Assembly (NCBI GenBank): GCA_037444485.1
Contig: JBBIMI010000013.1
Span: forward strand, 1 to 21,586
Direction: 5' to 3'
Length of the DNA stretch: 21,586 nt
Source of the DNA: Candidatus Micrarchaeota archaeon
GTDB taxonomy: Archaea > Micrarchaeota > Micrarchaeia > Norongarragalinales > Norongarragalinaceae
Shown here: piece by piece, positions 13,209-21,586 of the stretch
Layout: every line of letters starts with the position of its first letter
Numbering within the stretch: position 1 is the stretch's first letter
Position numbers and translations under genes: made by a program
The notes under the pieces: generated by a model
What the model was told of the DNA's origin: nothing
The model's input: the letters and a program-made list of their open reading frames with translations, nothing else
The model's database searches: none

Positions 13209-16200
13209 ATGGGATTACGTGAATCGTGGGAGTCTTTCTTGGCGTGGAGTGAAGAGAAAGGCTTACCGTTGTCACAGTTCGCTTACTGGCTTGAAGACCA
13301 CGGGATTCCCTCGCTGCCCGCGCTTGCTTTACTGATTGTGGTTGTAATCGCTTTGCTCGCGCTCGCAGTTTTTCCATCGCTTGGCGTGGGCGCGCCCCGC
13401 GTTGGAAGCGTCGTCGTTCGCGTTATTGACGTGAGCGGCTTGCCTGCTGAAAACGTTTCCGTCACCGTAACCGCGAGTGAAGGCGAGTTTACTGAAACGC
13501 GAGCAACTGCGAGTGACGGGAGCGCGCGTTTCGAAAAAATTCCTGAAGGCTTGATTACTGTTACCGCGCGTTCGAACGCTTTTTTCTTTGAAGACGGGGG
13601 CCGCATTGAAGAGAAAATAGAGAGAGGAAAAGAAAAAATCGTTTCGTTCACTGCAACCCCGCTTGAAATCAATCTCGTGTCGTTGTACGTTGAAGTCGAG
13701 GGAGTGGATAACGCTAACATTTACTTGTTTGACTCGAGCGGAGTACAATTACAGCAAGACTTCGGCTATCGAACTGAATTCCACGTGACTCCAAACGCGA
13801 ATTACTTAGTCCGCGCAGCGCTCGCGGGTTACTCGCCAGTAGAAGAAAACGTGAGCGTGGGCGAGCAGAGTGCAACAGTCAAACTGCGTTTGACTCGCGC
13901 GGGCGAAGTTGAAAAAACGCTTTTGCATGTTGGCGTGTTCGACTATGAAGGAATCGAAGGCAACCCGATCGTGAACGCGAGCGTTACAGTAGTGGAAAAA
14001 ACAAGCAGCAGGGTTGCAGCGCGTTTGACTACTGGTGAAGATGGAACTGCGGACGCGAGCGAAGTTCCACGCGGAGCTGTTCTCGAAATTTCCGCAAGCG
14101 CGCCAGGTTTTTTAAGCGAGTCGAAGAACGTTAACGCCAGCACCGACGTCGTGAACGTGAAACTGCGTTTGCGTAAAGCAGGCGTTGACGCGAGCTCCGT
14201 GACGTTGCGCGTCGTCGACCAGTTTGGCGACGCGATCTCGAGCCCCATCGTGCGTTTTTATGAACGCGGCGCTTTCAAGCAAGAATTTATTCCCATTGAC
14301 GGAATAGCTTCAATCAATTCAACCTCGCTTGAAACCTTGTACGCGACCGCGTTCAAGCCAGGCTTTCTGCCAGCAATTGCGAAGACGCTAAAACGCGGCG
14401 AGAACAAGCTCGCACTCGCGCTCGCGAGCGAAAACAATTCCGGAATCGTGCGCGTCCACGTCACAAACAAGAACGGCGTTCCAGAAAGCGAAGCCTTCGT
14501 CACACTGTTAGACGCTGAAAACGCTGAAAAGCGTTTTCTCGGAATCCCGCCGCGAGTCACCGGCATTGACGGCTTGCAGCAATTCGACGGGGTTCCGGCA
14601 GGCACGCGCTTGATCGCTGTAGCTTCGAAAAACGCGCGAAGCGCGTCAAGCAACGTTTTCGAAACTCCGCCTGGCGCTGGCGGCGTGGACGTTGAAATCG
14701 TTTTTCAACCAGTCAAGACGAAGCTCGAGGCAAGCGTGCGCAACGCGTTAAACAACGCGCCGGTTTTAAACGCGCGAGTTTTCGTTTCAACTGAAGACGC
14801 TAACGCTTCATGCGTCACTAACGCGTTAGGAAAATGCGTTGTTGAAGTGTTCGAAAGCGACGCCGCAATCGCGCGCGTCACTGCAAGCGGCTTCGACGAT
14901 TTTGAAAGCGCGTTTTTTTCACTCGCGCCGAACGCGTTGAATTCACGCGAGTTCGCGCTCACGCCAGTCGGGCCGGCTGCAGGGCAAATCACGTTCACTG
15001 GTTTTTTTGACGCGCGCGGCAAACGCGTGAATTCACTCAAGCCGTTAAGCACGTACTCAGCGAAATTCGTTTTACGAAGCCTTGAAACCGAATTCAAGCA
15101 AGCGCGCGCGCACGTGCGCGTGGGCGCGCTTGAAACTCCTTTAAGCGAGGAAAACGCGGTCATCACCGGCTACTCTAGCGCCACGTCGAGCGTGACTCGC
15201 GGAGTTTCTTACGAGGAAACGCTTGCTGCTGCAGCAGCTGCAGCAGGCGCGGGAGCAGTTGGCGCGTCGAATGCTTCGATTCCAGAGTTGAAGGGCCACG
15301 CGTTAATCGAACTCGGCGATTACGGTTTTTCGCCGCCTGACGTTGAAGTTGTTCTCGGCGACGAAATAGTTTTTCAAAACAACGCGAACGCCACGCGCGT
15401 CATCGTTTTCGACAAGCAGTTTAAAGGCGCGCCCGCTGCGCTCACGCTCTCAGCAGGAAAAACCGCTTCGCTGACGCCAAGCGAAACCGGGTCATTCGCT
15501 TTCCGTGAAGCAACGAATCCAGAATTCGTCGGCACGCTCAACGTCGCCCCCAAGCCAGTTGAAGAAGTGGAAGGCGCGGCAGTGAACGGCGCGCAAGCAC
15601 GCGAGTTCAAGTGGGTTGAATTCGCGTTCGAAAAATTTCGGGGCTCGCGCGAAATAGTCGTTTTCTTTAAAACGAAAAACCGCGTTGACGGAAGCGTGCG
15701 CTTCGAATACCGTGCAGCGTTCCTCGCGCAATTCGGGAACGAGACTCTCACTCTACGCGACCCAAAGGATGATGAAGCAAGCAAGACGAAGCCGGAAGCG
15801 CTCGCGCTCGCGAAAAAAACAAGCGAAATCCCGATAAAATTTGTTGGCGAGTGCAGCGACCCTCAAGCAGAAGGCGGCGAGAGCGTTTGCCTGCAATCGA
15901 GTTTCGCGGGCGAAGGAGTGAAAAGCGCGAGTGGTTTTGACGCGCGTTACGGCGGTTCATTCAAAATCGTTTTTAAAACGCTGAAGGAATCAACGAAAAC
16001 CATTTTCTTGCGCGCGAGCACGGACTCTCGCGCGCTTGAACTCGTCCAAGGCGCGTTGGGTGGAGTAAAACTATTCACGCCTAAAAACTATCCGCAAACA
16101 CTAAACTATCAGCAAACACCCGCGCTTAAAACACTCGCGCTTAAAACACTCGCGCTCGAAACGCTTGCGCCAACACGCGAACAGAAAACAACGAAAATGT

Positions 16201-19200
16201 TTTTGCGAGAACCAACACTCCAACTAGTCGCTACGCCAACGCCCGCGCACCCCTCGCCGCCCTCGCCCGCGCCTGCTTTGCCGACCGCGTCTGCAGGCAG
16301 GGTTGCTGAGGAAGGCGTTCAAGAAGCAACTGTCGCGATTAAAGCAAGCGAAGCAAACGGTTTTTTTGAATTCAACGCCCGCCGCTTAAGCAAAGACTCT
16401 ATAGTTACGCTCTCCGCGTTCGACGACAAGAACAACCTCTTGCTTGAAACACGCGTTTCAATACGCGTAATCGCGTCCAGCATGCCTTCACTTAAAGTGC
16501 GCGTACGTCCAACAACTGTCACCGCGCTTGAAGACAACACTGTTTTCTTTACAGTCACCGACCAGTTCGGCGCGCCAGTCGAAAACGCGCGCGTCACGCT
16601 CGAAAGTCCTTTGCTCGCGGCAAGCGTCGAGGCAAGCGCAGAGGAAGCACGCGCAGCGCGCGGCGAGTACGCCGCGAGCGGCGTTAATCCGCTTGGCGTG
16701 GGTGTGATTGATTACCGGGTTGAAGCTGAAGGTTATCGAGTAGCGCGTGGAAGAATCGCTGTAAACCCGCCTTCAACAGTGCTTGAAGTGACGCCAACGA
16801 AAATCTCGTTGAGCGTAGAATCACGCGAGCAACCCGTCGTTGAAAGCTTGAACGTCGAAAACAAGTTGTCGAACGCGTTGCGTGTTGCCGCAAGCGTCGC
16901 GCTCGCGCGACAACCCAATCTCGTTGACGTGAGTTTGACGCCTTCAACGCTTTCACTCAAAACACGCGAATTAAAGCAAATCTCGTTGAGCGCCGCAATC
17001 AAAGACGCGGTGCTGCAAATAGCTGAGAAAACGCGCGTGCAAAGCGAGCGCGTGACTGGACGCGTCGTGTTGTCAACGCGGGTCGGCTCGTTTTCTGAAA
17101 CTCGCGAAATTCCTTTAGAAGTAAACGCGGTTGTCGAACAACAATCGCTTGAAGAATTGTGGAGCGTCGACCAATCGAGCTTGGAATTCCAGCTTAATGC
17201 TGACGACAAGCGTTCTGAAACCCTCTCTATTTCGGTTTCCAATAACGCGCCTTACCCGCTTTTACTGAATCAAGAAAACTCGCTTGATGGAACAAGCGTT
17301 GAGCCGCTTTCGCAAGTAATTGAACCGAATTCGCAAACCCAATTTTCCGTCACGACGCGTTTCACTTCAACTGAAGAATGCGTTTTTTTTGACTCGACAA
17401 GCAAAGGCACTCTCGTGTTGCACGCGAGTTACGCTGGCTTGACTTCCAAGAAAACCGTCGCGCTTTCGCGAACAGTTAAAGCAAGCGGCAAATGCGTTCC
17501 ACCAAACGGTTTCCGCGTGACTCTACCATTATCGCTAACTATTCCGCTTCCAGCAAACGCGCTCGTGAAAAACAATGTTGACGGTTCAACTACAGTCAAA
17601 CTCGCGACGCAAGAATTAATGCAGTTCGACGCCGGCGCAAGTGTTTCACCTGCGCAAGCAGTCGTGCCACTAAACACTTTCATGACTCTCGACCGCAAAC
17701 GCGTTACTCAACCTTCAAGCGGCAGCGTGACAATCACTTTCCCAACACAAACACAATACGTTATTCCAGCGGACGCGAGCGTCATCCAGCAAGGCGCTTT
17801 AATTGAAGTGCGCGCAGGCAGTTTCATCGCATTCTTTCCGCCTGGAACGCAGTTGAGTTTAGGCGGCTGGCCTGGCGTGGGCGCGGGCGTTGGCGCAGCG
17901 TTTCTTGGTTCCAGCGGTTACTACGATTACGGCGTCGGCGGTTCAAGCGTTTACGTCGGCGGAGGCGGGCTCGCGAAAATCGCTTTAGTCCCGCCTGAAG
18001 CGCCAGTGCGTTTCGAACGCTTTACCGCGCTCGAGGAATTCACGCGATTACTGGGTTTAATGCCTCCAGGCGGAATCGAAGTCCGTTTTCCAGTCGAAAT
18101 GTTTTTCGTTTTGCCTCCAGGCACCCGCGTCGAACGAATCGAGGCAGTCGCGCAATTACCTGTTCCACCGCAATTCCAGCAGTTATCAAACCTGCAAGGC
18201 TTCCAAATCGCGTTGTTACCTAACTTTGAACGCATCGCATTCGGTCCAGAGGCCGTCATAGCTCCCTTGCCTGGATTCGGTTTAGCGAACGCGTTAATCG
18301 CACGCGTGCCTATTGAAACGAGCGTGGTCTTCATGCCGCGTTACGTGCGCGTTGGAAGCATTGATTTGACTTTACCAACGCAAGCCGCGTTAGTAGCCCC
18401 CCAAAGCGCGAGCTTTAAACGCTCGCGAGCAGCAGGCAGGGAAGCAGGCGCGGAAGCAGGCGTAGAGTACTTGATGGAATCACCGAACGCGATAGTAAAA
18501 TTTTTTCGCGAGCCGACGCTTGAAACGAAAACAATTCAAGGACGAGAATTGAAAACAGCCAGCCTTTCTCAAGGCGAGCGAATAGTTTTCTTGAAAGGCG
18601 CGGAAGCGAAAACCGCGCTTGCTGAAGTCGAAGATCCTTTTGAAGTGCTTTCATGCAGTATTTCATTCATCGCAACCGAAGACGTGCGAGTTGACTTGCC
18701 TTTCGACGCCATCGTTTCAGAAAAACAAAACGCGGTGACTGCAAGCGTGCAGAAATGCAGTTCAGACTCGCGTTTTACAGTGAAAAGCGCTTCGAACGGC
18801 GAAACGCTCTTCGAATCGCCGGCCAGCAAGAAAATAATCGCGCAGAACGCTGTTGTTGAAGGAGCAGTAGAGGAAGGACGCGTTGCAGGCGAAGGCGCGA
18901 GCCTTCAAATCCCGAAAGGCTCGAAAATCGATTTCCGCCCGTGCGCGAAAACAAGCGAAGACTCGAAGAAAACAATGCTTGTTCTCTCGAGCCCGAGCAC
19001 GCTTGAACTTCCAGCTAACGCGGTGTTGAACGGCGTAAACGAACTCGTGCTGCCTGGAAAAACACTCGTGAAGATAATTGACGAGAACGGCAAGACGTAC
19101 TCGTTGAGTTCAACTGAACGCATTTCGCTGGATTACTCGAAAACCGGTTTTAGCGCAGACGACGTTCAAAAAATGCAGGAGCCGTTAAAGCAAGGCGAGA

Positions 19201-21586
19201 AACCAAAGAAACTAATCACGCCGGCAAAGACAGCACTGCGTTTCCAAGCGTACTGTGACGGAACAACAGACGGGCAAATCAAGGTTCAAAGTGACTCGAA
19301 CACGTTAACCTTCGAGCCGAACAGCGTCGAATTCAATTTAGACAACAATAAACTAAGCGAAGAAAAACTTGTTTACTTGGGGAATTCAGGTGAAACACCG
19401 ATTCAAGTCACTGGCCTCGAACTCGACACGCTTTCAGGCGACCCGAAACTCGCAGCGCAAGCGCTGCCTGTCGAAGACTCCACCAAATTCAATTTCAGAG
19501 TTGGTTACGGAGTCGGCGAACGCACGCTCACACGCTATACTGAAAAAGCACTCTTCTTCCTGACAGCGCAAGTCCCGCCAAACGCGTTAAAGCAAGGCAG
19601 CCGCTGCATTAAAGACGAGTATAAAGACAAGCCGCTTGAAATCAACGCTGTTATTAACTTCAAGTCGAAAGACCTTTCCACTAATACCGAGTTGAACCCG
19701 AAAAAACTCTACGTAAAACTAGTGATAAGCGCTAAAGAAGAATGCGGGCAAGAAAAATTCGAGAAAACCGCGTCCTTCCTTTACACTGCATTCGCGAACA
19801 AGCAAACCCTCTCATTCAAGCGGCGTGACCACTGGAGAATAATAACGCTCGCAAACAATTGGCGCGAACCAATAATCATTCAAGCAAGCGACGCTAAAAA
19901 ACTAATCGAGTGCAAAGCGCTCGAATCCCCTGAATTCGAGGAAGGCGCGCCCAAGAGTCTCGGTAAATTCCTCTCCGGCTACCGCTTAGAGCCCGGTGCT
20001 GCTAAAACATTCGCTTGCAAGTCGTTACGCGAAGGCGAGTCACAGCTAGACTTGAAATTCAAAATCGAGAACAGCGAGAACACTATCCCAGCAAACCCGA
20101 TTCCAATCCGCGTTTTCAACGGGGACGAGAATCTCTATTCTTCAAGCCCCTTCGGAGAAATACTTTCCAGCGAGAAGACGACGGAAGAAACTAGAGCGCC
20201 AGAATGCGTTGAAAACTACTGCCTCCTCCAAACCGCGACTAAAGCACTCGAAGTTTTTGCTTCAACCGCAATCGCATTAGCGCGCGAAGAACTCAAGGAC
20301 CCAACACTCTTCAAAGAATGGAAGAGTTCAGCAGGCGAAAAACAATGGCAGAAAGTCATGATTCTGCAACTCGCGAACACGCGTTTAGAAGCGGACGCAG
20401 TACAAAAAATTTTTGAAACGCTGAAAAATCTGGAAGAGGAAGGCGTTAAGGTCGAGAAGGAAGGCGAGTCGTCACTCAAACAACAACTCAAAGGCTGCGG
20501 TACTTACGCGCTCGTCTTCCGCTTGAACCTCGGCGAAGCAACCACGAGCAACGATTTAACGAAAGCAACCCTTGACTTGCAACGCGTCATCAAGCAAGCA
20601 GACTGCCCTGAAACGCCTGCCAACGCGCCCTTACTGCTAGGTGGCGAACTCGACAAAATCGAGTTTTTTGCTGGAAAACGCGTTGTTTCAGGCTTCGGGT
20701 TCTTCAAGGAATTACTGAACGTCAAAGAACATTCTCAAGGCGGCTTTTTAGGAATGATTTCAACAGGACCTTACGGCGGGCGGGAAGGCGAGCTCGACGA
20801 GAAAGACTTAGCTAACCTTCAAGGAATGGCTTCAACAGTTTACTCGATCCAGGACTTAAGCGCGCTAAACGTTTTCGACTCGACGCGTTACGAAGACTCA
20901 AACTTTTGTTGGACTTACGGCAAAATAAGAATCAGTGCAGCTGCAGGCAGTGTGCTCGGAAGCACCACACTTCAAGCGTTTTTAGGCTTGGGAAGCGGAG
21001 GCACGACTTGGGCTACTGCTTTAAAATCGCTTTTAAACTTGTTTTACGGCGGCGCCGGCTGCCTAGGCTCGCTGACAGCATCTACACCCTGCAGCATGGT
21101 AAGCGAGTGCATTCAATCATTGATTGCCTCCGCTTTCCTCCCGATTTCTGGCTCGAAGGAAATAACTGGCTTGAAGGAAATAACAAAGACAAAAGTGTTT
21201 GGTAGTTTAGGTGCCACTGCTGTATTATCCGCGCTAGGCAATTATTACTCTGAAAAAGAAGACGCGAAAGCAGCTTCACTCTACCCGCCCCTCGCTGTAC
21301 ACGTTGGCGCAAACACGCAGAAGTTGTTTGACTTGTTAAAGAAAAAAACAGTGACTCAAGCTGTTCAACAAGCGTCCATAACACAAAAAATATCACGCTT
21401 CAGCGGCAAGGTAGGCGCGCTGGGAATCGGGATGACAAAGTTCGCATTTCTGGCGGAAGCGGCAAGCGTTTTCAACACTGACGTGCGGCCAGTCAACGCG
21501 GTGGCTTACCCTGACGCGATTGGTTACGTTATTTCATATCATCTCGACGAAGACGGCTTGCCTTCAATATACCGGTTCTGTTACCC
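13209..21586 (+). CDS. Giant N-terminally membrane-anchored cell-surface protein (>=2792 aa, runs off the right edge) with carboxypeptidase-regulatory-like/Ig-like repeats; missed by the ORF track
   Basis: Manually translated without a stop from MGLRESWESFLAWSEEKGLPLSQFAYWLEDHGIPSLP to ...HLDEDGLPSIYRFCY. TM helix ALALLIVVVIALLALAVF (13320-13373). Repeated V-x-V-x-D-x-x-G-x-P-x-x-N-A-x-V / A-x-G-[YF] units typical of CarboxypepD_reg/transthyretin-like beta-sandwiches. Paired cysteines. Confidence 0.93.
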   Translation, partial: MGLRESWESFLAWSEEKGLPLSQFAYWLEDHGIPSLPALALLIVVVIALLALAVFPSLGVGAPRVGSVVVRVIDVSGLPAENVSVTVTASEGEFTETRATASDGSARFEKIPEGLITVTARSNAFFFEDGGRIEEKIERGKEKIVSFTATPLEINLVSLYVEVEGVDNANIYLFDSSGVQLQQDFGYRTEFHVTPNANYLVRAALAGYSPVEENVSVGEQSATVKLRLTRAGEVEKTLLHVGVFDYEGIEGNPIVNASVTVVEKTSSRVAARLTTGEDGTADASEVPRGAVLEISASAPGFLSESKNVNASTDVVNVKLRLRKAGVDASSVTLRVVDQFGDAISSPIVRFYERGAFKQEFIPIDGIASINSTSLETLYATAFKPGFLPAIAKTLKRGENKLALALASENNSGIVRVHVTNKNGVPESEAFVTLLDAENAEKRFLGIPPRVTGIDGLQQFDGVPAGTRLIAVASKNARSASSNVFETPPGAGGVDVEIVFQPVKTKLEASVRNALNNAPVLNARVFVSTEDANASCVTNALGKCVVEVFESDAAIARVTASGFDDFESAFFSLAPNALNSREFALTPVGPAAGQITFTGFFDARGKRVNSLKPLSTYSAKFVLRSLETEFKQARAHVRVGALETPLSEENAVITGYSSATSSVTRGVSYEETLAAAAAAAGAGAVGASNASIPELKGHALIELGDYGFSPPDVEVVLGDEIVFQNNANATRVIVFDKQFKGAPAALTLSAGKTASLTPSETGSFAFREATNPEFVGTLNVAPKPVEEVEGAAVNGAQAREFKWVEFAFEKFRGSREIVVFFKTKNRVDGSVRFEYRAAFLAQFGNETLTLRDPKDDEASKTKPEALALAKKTSEIPIKFVGECSDPQAEGGESVCLQSSFAGEGVKSASGFDARYGGSFKIVFKTLKESTKTIFLRASTDSRALELVQGALGGVKLFTPKNYPQTLNYQQTPALKTLALKTLALETLAPTREQKTTKMFLREPTLQLVATPTPAHPSPPSPAPALPTASAGRVAEEGVQEATVAIKASEANGFFEFNARRLSKDSIVTLSAFDDKNNLLLETRVSIRVIASSMPSLKVRVRPTTVTALEDNTVFFTVTDQFGAPVENARVTLESPLLAASVEASAEEARAARGEYAASGVNPLGVGVIDYRVEAEGYRVARGRIAVNPPSTVLEVTPTKISLSVESREQPVVESLNVENKLSNALRVAASVALARQPNLVDVSLTPSTLSLKTRELKQISLSAAIKDAVLQIAEKTRVQSERVTGRVVLSTRVGSFSETREIPLEVNAVVEQQSLEELWSVDQSSLEFQLNADDKRSETLSISVSNNAPYPLLLNQENSLDGTSVEPLSQVIEPNSQTQFSVTTRFTSTEECVFFDSTSKGTLVLHASYAGLTSKKTVALSRTVKASGKCVPPNGFRVTLPLSLTIPLPANALVKNNVDGSTTVKLATQELMQFDAGASVSPAQAVVPLNTFMTLDRKRVTQPSSGSVTITFPTQTQYVIPADASVIQQGALIEVRAGSFIAFFPPGTQLSLGGWPGVGAGVGAAFLGSSGYYDYGVGGSSVYVGGGGLAKIALVPPEAPVRFERFTALEEFTRLLGLMPPGGIEVRFPVEMFFVLPPGTRVERIEAVAQLPVPPQFQQLSNLQGFQIALLPNFERIAFGPEAVIAPLPGFGLANALIARVPIETSVVFMPRYVRVGSIDLTLPTQAALVAPQSASFKRSRAAGREAGAEAGVEYLMESPNAIVKFFREPTLETKTIQGRELKTASLSQGERIVFLKGAEAKTALAEVEDPFEVLSCSISFIATEDVRVDLPFDAIVSEKQNAVTASVQKCSSDSRFTVKSASNGETLFESPASKKIIAQNAVVEGAVEEGRVAGEGASLQIPKGSKIDFRPCAKTSEDSKKTMLVLSSPSTLELPANAVLNGVNELVLPGKTLVKIIDENGKTYSLSSTERISLDYSKTGFSADDVQKMQEPLKQGEKPKKLITPAKTALRFQAYCDGTTDGQIKVQSDSNTLTFEPNSVEFNLDNNKLSEEKLVYLGNSGETPIQVTGLELDTLSGDPKLAAQALPVEDSTKFNFRVGYGVGERTLTRYTEKALFFLTAQVPPNALKQGSRCIKDEYKDKPLEINAVINFKSKDLSTNTELNPKKLYVKLVISAKEECGQEKFEKTASFLYTAFANKQTLSFKRRDHWRIITLANNWREPIIIQASDAKKLIECKALESPEFEEGAPKSLGKFLSGYRLEPGAAKTFACKSLREGESQLDLKFKIENSENTIPANPIPIRVFNGDENLYSSSPFGEILSSEKTTEETRAPECVENYCLLQTATKALEVFASTAIALAREELKDPTLFKEWKSSAGEKQWQKVMILQLANTRLEADAVQKIFETLKNLEEEGVKVEKEGESSLKQQLKGCGTYALVFRLNLGEATTSNDLTKATLDLQRVIKQADCPETPANAPLLLGGELDKIEFFAGKRVVSGFGFFKELLNVKEHSQGGFLGMISTGPYGGREGELDEKDLANLQGMASTVYSIQDLSALNVFDSTRYEDSNFCWTYGKIRISAAAGSVLGSTTLQAFLGLGSGGTTWATALKSLLNLFYGGAGCLGSLTASTPCSMVSECIQSLIASAFLPISGSKEITGLKEITKTKVFGSLGATAVLSALGNYYSEKEDAKAASLYPPLAVHVGANTQKLFDLLKKKTVTQAVQQASITQKISRFSGKVGALGIGMTKFAFLAEAASVFNTDVRPVNAVAYPDAIGYVISYHLDEDGLPSIYRFCY
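16085..16165 (+). repeat. In-frame tandem repeats in the giant gene (18 bp x2, 15 bp x3)
   Basis: AAACTATCCGCAAACACT / AAACTATCAGCAAACACC (16085-16120), then CGCGCTTAAAACACT x2 + CGCGCTCGAAACGCT (16121-16165). Encodes NYPQTL-NYQQTP-ALKTL-ALKTL-ALETL. Confidence 0.9.
21148..21183 (+). repeat. In-frame 18-bp tandem duplication in the giant gene
   Basis: CTGGCTCGAAGGAAATAA / CTGGCTTGAAGGAAATAA, encoding GSKEIT-GLKEIT. Confidence 0.9.

Noticed and set aside
13283..21396. About 20 short ORF-track calls within the right half
   Set aside because: They are antisense or off-frame shadows of the single giant plus-strand ORF and have no recognisable motifs.
1..21586. Mobile element, provirus or diversity-generating retroelement
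   Set aside because: I found no transposase, integrase, capsid/terminase or reverse transcriptase, and no ~100-bp TR/VR repeat pair differing at adenines.

Overview
Probably chromosomal DNA from a small-genome archaeon, most like DPANN/Micrarchaeota. This is an inference from TATA-type promoters (TTTAAATAAA ~25 nt upstream of starts), an archaeal-type GAGGTGA Shine-Dalgarno, a stand-alone ADP-forming acetate-CoA ligase alpha subunit and a giant N-anchored Ig-repeat surface protein. The left 12.8 kb is mostly on the minus strand. In transcription order it holds acdA-alpha, corA, a small DMT/EamA transporter, a DHH/DHHA1 phosphoesterase, a GAF-GAF class III nucleotide cyclase, an 827-aa Hanks-type Ser/Thr kinase, a HAD phosphatase, a wHTH/beta-sandwich protein (plus strand), a DUF6687-like DHH protein, an AAA_33-like P-loop kinase and a truncated hypothetical gene. 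A ~400-bp AT-rich divergent intergenic region built of nested short tandem repeats follows. Next is a single ORF of at least 2792 codons (13209 to the window end, no stop) that the ORF track missed. Two observations stand out. First, the cyclase carries guanylyl-cyclase-like (Cya2-type acidic/K-x-G) specificity residues rather than adenylyl ones, and sits between a DHH phosphoesterase and a kinase/phosphatase pair: a candidate archaeal cGMP signalling module. Second, the giant protein is polarised. N-glycosylation sequons occur only in its membrane-proximal ~850 aa (10 of 41 Asn) and none in the distal ~1950 aa (0 of 72 Asn), which also carries a Gly-rich hydrophobic loop and pore-forming-like hydrophobic helices. 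No rRNA, tRNA, CRISPR array or transposase was recognised.
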